DNA of 64,000 nucleotides from Tissierellia bacterium (GTDB lineage Bacteria; Bacillota; Clostridia; Tissierellales; Tepidimicrobiaceae): NCBI GenBank assembly GCA_036720245.1, contig DAIMNI010000001.1, positions 33,053 to 97,052 of the forward strand, read 5' to 3'. Shown piece by piece: positions 59,301 to 64,000 of this stretch (position 1 is its first letter; each line of letters starts with the position of its first letter). The notes under the pieces were generated by a model. It saw only the letters and a program-made list of their open reading frames with translations, ran no database searches and was not told where the DNA came from. The position numbers and the translations under genes were made by a program.

Positions 59301-59473
59301 ATATAAATATATACTATGATGGCTCAGATGAAATAGAAGAAGCTATAAAAGAACACGAGGACTTTATTAAATCTGAAACCTTAGCTCTATCCATAGAAAA
59401 GGTAAAGGATAATTCTTTCGAAAAACAAGATCTAAATGGACACGAAACAGGGATAAGATTAGAAAAGTGCTAA
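56357..59473 (+). CDS. ileS: isoleucine--tRNA ligase (long, type-2-like form)
   Basis: PPTANGKPGIHH (HIGH), KMSKSKGN (KMSKS), a CP1 editing domain and C-terminal Zn-Cys clusters (CWRC..., CKDCG..., CEKCNG). The start is ATG 56357 or TTG 56366; the track start at 56294 lies inside the T-box terminator. Confidence 0.95.
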   Translation: MKKLGKFKELSNKPVSEREQEISKYWEEIDLLHKSVDSRDEEKPFIFYEGPPTANGKPGIHHVMARTLKDLTCRYKTMEGYQVKRKAGWDTHGLPVEIEVEKQLGLKDKHEIEDYGIEAFNKQCRESVFQYEKLWKDMTSRMAYEIDMDNPYITLENDYIESVWWILDKFFKEGLIYEGHKILPYCSRCGTGLASHEVAQGYAEIKTDTVVVKFKLKDKDEYFLVWTTTPWTLPSNVCLTVNPEEIYLKVKQNDEIYYVVKALADKVLKEDYEVIEEYKGKDLEYIEYEQLIPFVKVKENKKAFFVTVADYVTTEDGTGIVHTAPAFGEDDYNTGVRYNLPVLQPVDDEGKFTDTIWKGKFVMDADPDIIQWLRENGKLYRKQRMEHNYPHCWRCNTPLLYYAKPSWYIEITKLKDQLVENNNGVNWYPDYVGEKRFGNWLENLNDWAISRSRYWGTPFPVWRCKDCGHTTSVGSRKELVEKAIEDIDENVELHRPYVDNIHFKCEKCNGIMNREEDVIDVWFDSGAMPFAQYHYPFENAENFDKLFPADFICEGIDQTRGWFYSLLAISTFVTGKSPYKNVLVNDLVLDKDGKKMSKSKGNTVDPFMLFDKYGADVLRWYLIYISPPWTPTRFDEDGLREVESKFFRSIRNVYNFFSLYANTDNINPREFFIEYNNREEIDRWILSKYNSLIKEVRENMEIFEITKVVRDIQEFVIEDLSNWYIRRTKRRFWSTKLDDDKKAVYNTTYEILIGISKMIAPFIPFTAEELYRNLTDGESVHLEYYPKYNGELIDLELEEKMDLVRNLVGLGRASRESAKIKVRQSLQSVLIDGKYEEKIDDLVPLIMEELNVKEVVFEKDLSQFMDFSLKPNFKIAGPVLGGKIKAFGKALNELEPHETVEKLELGEKLILNLDGEDVEITKDFVMVNISSKKGFDVAMENNLFVILDTTLTKELEKEGYAREFISKVQQMRKNNDYEVLDNINIYYDGSDEIEEAIKEHEDFIKSETLALSIEKVKDNSFEKQDLNGHETGIRLEKC

Positions 59474-59476
59474 TAT

Positions 59477-59505
59477 AAGACAGGGGGGTGGGGTCCCTCT
59501 GCCTT
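59477..59505 (+). terminator. imperfect GC-rich hairpin after ileS
   Basis: aagacagggggg-tgggg-tccctctgcctt. No strong T-run follows. Confidence 0.3.
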
Positions 59506-59571
59506 ATAAAAGTAAATATGTTTGGAACTCTAAAAGTGTAGTTTCAAACATATTATACGGGGGGCGATTAT

Positions 59572-60945
59572 ATGAAAGATTTAGGGGAAAATGAATTATT
59601 ACAGGGGGATTTAAGGAAGAATTTATTGAGAGTATCACTGCCTACTATGCTTGGCTTTGTACTTCAAGCTGTATACGATATAGTAGATATGATATGGGTA
59701 GGTCGAATTTCTGCCTCTGCTGTAGCAGGTGTAACTATATTTTCCACTGTATTTTGGCTCGTTAGTGTGCTTAATGAAATAATTGGTTCCAGTTCCATCT
59801 CTCTAATTACCCAATCCTATGGAAAAGGGGATATGGGAAAAACACAAAAAATTGTAGAACAAACTCTAACTTTTAAGGCCTTGGTAGCCATTATAGCTGC
59901 CATTATTATGTCTTTTATTTTAAAACCATTATTAGGATTTTTTACTGACGATATGGAGGTTTTACAGGCAGCCTTAGACTATGGATATATTAGAATGTTT
60001 TTCTTGCCTATAATGTTTTCCTCCTATTCAGTAAATACTGCCTTAAGATGTTTAGGGGATACTAAAACCCCAATGAAAATTATGATAGTATCCTCTATCA
60101 TAAATATAGTTTTAGACCCTATATTTATGTTTGAAATCATTCCAGGTACAAATATTCCTGGTTTTAACATGGGAGTATTTGGAGCAGCCTTGGCTACAGT
60201 TATATCTACTGTAGTGGCTTTCTTAATTGGTTTTTATATATTGTTAAAGGGAAAGAACAAATTGAAAATTAACTTTAGAGGCTTTTTTAATTTAGATTGG
60301 GAAATAGATAAAAAACTTCTTACAATTGGTCTGCCTAATGGTATGGAAGTTTTAATGAGGAATTTAGCTGGAATAGTAATACTTAAATTTGTATCCTCTT
60401 ATGGCACAAATACTGTAGCAGCTACTGGTATAGGCACTAGATTATTTAGCTTTGCCTTTATGCCTATTGTGGGAATTGTAATGGGTGCTAGTACTATAGT
60501 AGGTCAATCATTAGGTGCAGAGGATTTGGAAAGGGCTACAGATACAGCTAAGTTTGCTGCAAAGGTAAATGTAATTATGATGAGTATATTAAGTATAATT
60601 TCAATACTATTCCCAGATAAAATAATGAAAATTTTTATTGATGATATAAATGTAATTGCAATTGGCATACCTATGGTAAGAATTCTAATGCCTTCTTTAA
60701 CTTTAGCAGGATTTGCAATGGGTTTAGGTTCTGTATTTTCAGGTTCAGGCCATAATACACCATTTTTAATGTCTAGTCTTGTTTCTAGATGGGTGGTACA
60801 AATGCCAATATTAATTTTGGTCACAAAAATACTTAAATTATCTGTAATCTTTGTATGGCTTAGCTTTTTTGCCGCTGAAATATCAGAGATTATTATAATA
60901 TTGTATCATTACAATAAGGGAGTATGGAAAATAAAAAGAGTATAA
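59572..60945 (+). CDS. MATE-family efflux transporter
   Basis: 457 aa, 12 TM segments, N-terminal LLRVSLPTMLGFVLQAVYDIVDMIWVGR typical of MatE. Confidence 0.85.
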   Translation: MKDLGENELLQGDLRKNLLRVSLPTMLGFVLQAVYDIVDMIWVGRISASAVAGVTIFSTVFWLVSVLNEIIGSSSISLITQSYGKGDMGKTQKIVEQTLTFKALVAIIAAIIMSFILKPLLGFFTDDMEVLQAALDYGYIRMFFLPIMFSSYSVNTALRCLGDTKTPMKIMIVSSIINIVLDPIFMFEIIPGTNIPGFNMGVFGAALATVISTVVAFLIGFYILLKGKNKLKINFRGFFNLDWEIDKKLLTIGLPNGMEVLMRNLAGIVILKFVSSYGTNTVAATGIGTRLFSFAFMPIVGIVMGASTIVGQSLGAEDLERATDTAKFAAKVNVIMMSILSIISILFPDKIMKIFIDDINVIAIGIPMVRILMPSLTLAGFAMGLGSVFSGSGHNTPFLMSSLVSRWVVQMPILILVTKILKLSVIFVWLSFFAAEISEIIIILYHYNKGVWKIKRV

Positions 60946-60948
60946 AAC

Positions 60949-60981
60949 AAGGCAGAGGATGGTTCTTCTCTGTCTTATTTT
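60949..60981 (+). terminator. hairpin terminator after the MATE gene
   Basis: aaggcagagg-atggttct-tctctgtctt (two G.U pairs), then atttt. Confidence 0.45.
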
Positions 60982-61126
60982 ACATTACCCGTGAAATTAA
61001 GTATGTATAATACTTAAGGCGAGAGCCTTCTCAATAATTATCATAGATTATAAATTTGATAAAAAAACTTATTTTAAAAGCTTATTGAATTTTATTAAAA
61101 TTATGTTATAATTTATTTAAAGGGTG

Positions 61127-61141
61127 TAGAAAACGTTTACT
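61127..61141. promoter_or_regulatory. cre-like / LacI-family operator 1
   Basis: TAGAAAACGTTTACT matches WTGNAANCGNWNNCW at 14/15 positions. Confidence 0.45.
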
Positions 61142-61212
61142 ATGGGATGTTTAGAAAGATACTACGTATTTAAACATTTCAAATGCTATTTAGTTAATAT
61201 TTTTTAGATATA

Positions 61213-61227
61213 TAGAAAACGCTTTCT
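61213..61227. promoter_or_regulatory. cre-like / LacI-family operator 2
   Basis: TAGAAAACGCTTTCT matches at 14/15 positions, with the same TAGAAAACG core as operator 1. It lies 86 bp downstream of it. Confidence 0.45.
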
Positions 61228-61338
61228 AAGGATATTAGCCTAATTTGAAATCCTGTAGGGGAGTGATAAAAATGAAATAGGCTTTGAAATATTTAAATTC
61301 TCTTATAATAATCAAAAATTAAATTAGGAGGGGTTAAA

Positions 61339-62334
61339 TTGAAAAGAGGTTTAGTTTTATTACTCACAATAGTAATGTTAACTACAATTATAACAGGGTG
61401 TTCATCTAAGGAATCAGATAAACTTAAAATAGGGGTACTAATTTACAAATATGATGATACTTATATTTCAACTGTAAGACAAGCTCTAGAAGCAGAAGGT
61501 AAAAACGATCCAGAAATAACTCTACTCATGAATGACTCACAAAACGATCAATCAAAACAAAATGACCAAATCGATATACTAATTGAAAAGGGTGTAGATG
61601 CATTAATAGTAAATATAGTTGATATTGGAGCTGCAGGTGCAGTTATAGATAAAGCAAAAGCTGCAGATATTCCAGTGGTGTTCTTTAACAGAGAGCCAAG
61701 TCCAGATATACTTAAAACTTATGAAAAAGCTAGATTTGTAGGGACCAAGGCAGAAGAAGCAGGAATAATCCAAGGTGAAATGATGGCTGAAGCATGGAAC
61801 GCGGGAGATTATGACAGAAATGGCGATGGAACTATGCAGTATGTAATGCTTAAAGGAGACGCAGACAATCCAGAGGCCATAGCTAGAACCGAATATTCAG
61901 TAAAAACTCTAAATGAAAAAGGAATAGAAACAGAAGAAATTGGGCTACAGGTTGCCAATTGGGATAATGAGAAAGCTAATCAAGCTATGGAATCTTGGTT
62001 AGGAAAATATGAAGATAAGATTGAATTCGTTATAGCCAACAATGATGGTATGGCCTCAGGAGCAATATCAGCTTTACAGAATGCTGGATACAACAAAGGT
62101 GATGGAGATAAATATATACCAGTATTTGGCGTAGATGCTACAGATGAAGCTAAAAGTTTAATTGAAAAAGGTGCAATGGCTGGTACTGTTAAACAAGATG
62201 GGGAAGGAATGGCAAAGGCAGTATATGCTATGGCAGCAAATGTAGCAAAGGGAAAAGATTTCTTAGATGGGACTGACTATGAATACGACGAAACAGATAT
62301 TTCAGTAAGAATTCCTTATCAAGCTTATAAATAA
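61339..62334 (+). CDS. mglB: galactose/glucose-type ABC transporter substrate-binding lipoprotein
   Basis: Lipobox IITGCSS and a type I periplasmic-binding fold (KIGVLIYKYDDTYIS..., VFFNREP, FVIANNDGMA). Followed by mglA/mglC-type genes. Confidence 0.8.
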   Translation: MKRGLVLLLTIVMLTTIITGCSSKESDKLKIGVLIYKYDDTYISTVRQALEAEGKNDPEITLLMNDSQNDQSKQNDQIDILIEKGVDALIVNIVDIGAAGAVIDKAKAADIPVVFFNREPSPDILKTYEKARFVGTKAEEAGIIQGEMMAEAWNAGDYDRNGDGTMQYVMLKGDADNPEAIARTEYSVKTLNEKGIETEEIGLQVANWDNEKANQAMESWLGKYEDKIEFVIANNDGMASGAISALQNAGYNKGDGDKYIPVFGVDATDEAKSLIEKGAMAGTVKQDGEGMAKAVYAMAANVAKGKDFLDGTDYEYDETDISVRIPYQAYK

Positions 62335-62360
62335 GAACAAATTTCATTAAAATATTAGGA

Positions 62361-62386
62361 GAAATCGCACATAGTTGTGCGATTTC
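62361..62386 (+). other. intercistronic hairpin between mglB and mglA
   Basis: gaaatcgcaca-tagt-tgtgcgatttc, an 11-bp perfect stem with no T-run. Confidence 0.5.
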
Positions 62387-62438
62387 CTCTTAAATCAATA
62401 AATGGATATTAAAAGTAAAGATAGAGATGGTGATATAT

Positions 62439-63938
62439 ATGTCAGACGAAACATATCTACTAGAGATGTGCAATATCTCGAAAAGCTTTCCTGGTGTACA
62501 GGCTTTAGATAATGTTGACTTTAGAGTTAAAAGGGGAACTGTACATGCCTTAGTAGGAGAAAATGGTGCCGGGAAATCTACACTGATGAAATGCCTTTTT
62601 GGGATATACAAAGAGGATAGTGGAGAGATATATGTAGAAGAAGTAAAAACTTCTTTTCCAAATCCTAGAGCAGCTTTGGAAAATGGAGTATCCATGGTGC
62701 ATCAGGAATTAAATCAAGTTCTTCAAAGAAATGTTATGGATAATATATTATTGGGACGTTATCCCAGAAAAGGAATAGCTGTAGATGAAAAGAAAATGTA
62801 TGATTTTACTAAAACCATATTTGATGATTTAGGAATAGACATAGATCCTAGGGTCAAACTTGGGAATTTATCTGTTTCCCAACGACAGATGGTGGAAATA
62901 GCAAAAGCTGTATCTTACAATGCTAGGATTCTAGTATTAGATGAGCCCACATCATCCTTAACACAACAAGAAACTGAACATTTATTTAAAATCATAAAGC
63001 TTTTACGAGATAGGGGTTGTGGGATTATATATATATCCCACAAGATGGAGGAAATATTAAAAATATCCGACGAAGTTACAGTGATGAGGGATGGACAATG
63101 GATAGCCACAGAGAATGCAAAAAATATGACTATAGATAAGATAATTAGCCTTATGGTAGGAAGAAAGCTTGACAATAGATTTCCACCAAAGACCAACAAA
63201 CCAAAAGATGTAATGTTAGAGGTAAAAAATCTTACGGGGAAATATCAGCCTTCAATACAAAACGTATCCTTTGAGTTAAGGAAAGGTGAAATTTTAGGGG
63301 TCGCCGGATTAGTTGGTTCTAGGAGAACAGAATTATTGGAGACCATATTTGGTATAGCATCTCGCGGGGAAGGGGAGATAATCCTTTATGGGAAACCAAT
63401 GGATAACAAGGATTCAGCTACTACAATTAAAAATGGATTTGCCCTATTAACAGAGGAGAGAAGGGCTACAGGAATATTTGAAGGATTGAATGTTAGATTT
63501 AATTCAGTTATAGCTAATATAGATAATTACTCAAGATTTGGTGTACTAGATGGGAAAAAGATGAAGGAAGATACCTCTAAAATAATTGAAGGGCTAAATG
63601 TAAAAACTCCAAGTCAAAACACTCCCATCAGGAATCTTTCAGGAGGGAATCAACAAAAGGTCGTCATAGGTAAATGGCTACTTACAGATCCAGAAGTACT
63701 ATTGATGGATGAACCTACTAGGGGCATTGATGTGGGTGCAAAATATGAGATATATCAATTGATAATCAATCTTGCAAATAGAGATAAGGGTGTAATATTT
63801 GTATCATCTGAAATGTCTGAGCTTTTAGGTATATGTGATAGGATACTGGTAATGTCTAATGGCAGAATTGGGGGCATAGAGGATGCAGACAAATTAGATC
63901 AAGAGAAGATAATGGCTTTAGCATCAAAATATTTATAA
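62439..63938 (+). CDS. mglA: sugar ABC transporter ATP-binding protein with duplicated ABC cassette
   Basis: [11 protein letters not shown]alker [14 protein letters not shown] signature, VLDEPTS, and a second cassette with [13 protein letters not shown] and [14 protein letters not shown]. Start at ATG 62439 or 62427. Confidence 0.9.
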   Translation: MSDETYLLEMCNISKSFPGVQALDNVDFRVKRGTVHALVGENGAGKSTLMKCLFGIYKEDSGEIYVEEVKTSFPNPRAALENGVSMVHQELNQVLQRNVMDNILLGRYPRKGIAVDEKKMYDFTKTIFDDLGIDIDPRVKLGNLSVSQRQMVEIAKAVSYNARILVLDEPTSSLTQQETEHLFKIIKLLRDRGCGIIYISHKMEEILKISDEVTVMRDGQWIATENAKNMTIDKIISLMVGRKLDNRFPPKTNKPKDVMLEVKNLTGKYQPSIQNVSFELRKGEILGVAGLVGSRRTELLETIFGIASRGEGEIILYGKPMDNKDSATTIKNGFALLTEERRATGIFEGLNVRFNSVIANIDNYSRFGVLDGKKMKEDTSKIIEGLNVKTPSQNTPIRNLSGGNQQKVVIGKWLLTDPEVLLMDEPTRGIDVGAKYEIYQLIINLANRDKGVIFVSSEMSELLGICDRILVMSNGRIGGIEDADKLDQEKIMALASKYL

Positions 63939-63956
63939 ATCCAAGAGGTGAATTCA

Positions 63957-64000
63957 ATGGAAAAGGAATCTAAAGAAAAAATTAGCGAAGTTTCTAAAGA
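63957..64000 (+). CDS. mglC: start of the ABC sugar permease gene (truncated by window end)
   Basis: AAGAGGTG RBS, then ATG GAA AAG GAA TCT AAA... (MEKESKEKISEVSK). The identity is inferred from operon position only. Confidence 0.5.
   Translation, partial: MEKESKEKISEVSK

Overview
AT-rich chromosome segment from an endospore-forming Firmicute (Clostridia-type). All calls come from reading the sequence and ORF track and from recalled family motifs; no searches were run. Layout: (1) 1-23.4 kb is the conserved backbone murC / spoVG-glmU-prs-pth-mfd-prsA-like-spoVT-spoVB-mazG-hup-yabO-yabP-yabQ-divIC-yabR-spoIIE-yabS-yabT-tilS-hpt-ftsH. (2) 23.6-30.8 kb is a complete methylmalonyl-CoA module: split B12 mutase, MeaB, epimerase and the Na+-pumping decarboxylase mmdADCB. 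A repeat-laden MITE-like spacer sits between the two mutase subunit genes. (3) 30.9-36.5 kb holds an ECF S-component, coaX, dusB, an unknown ORF, greA and lysS. (4) 36.5-42.85 kb is a 6.3-kb PTS/kinase/aldolase sugar cassette bracketed by two identical 46-bp terminator copies. (5) 42.9-44.3 kb is pyrP behind two PyrR-binding attenuators. (6) 44.5-50.2 kb is an accessory defence block: an AlwI/BstNBI-family type IIS-like endonuclease with two adenine methyltransferases, an XRE regulator with an internally repeated C-terminus, and an ORF-invisible type III toxin-antitoxin locus. That locus reads sigma-A promoter, 2.2 x 36-nt repeats, hairpin, ToxN/AbiQ-like ORF, and the toxin frame carries an in-frame TAA. 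Recombination scars lie next to it. (7) 50.2-52.4 kb is a decayed LevR-type regulator with an orphan PTS EIIA and a DUF871 gene. (8) 52.5-64 kb holds two oxidoreductases, lplA, an Ile T-box plus ileS, a MATE pump and mglBAC behind twin cre-like operators. The best candidates for follow-up are the toxIN-like locus, the terminator-bracketed sugar cassette and the heptad-array/MITE-like repeat family.
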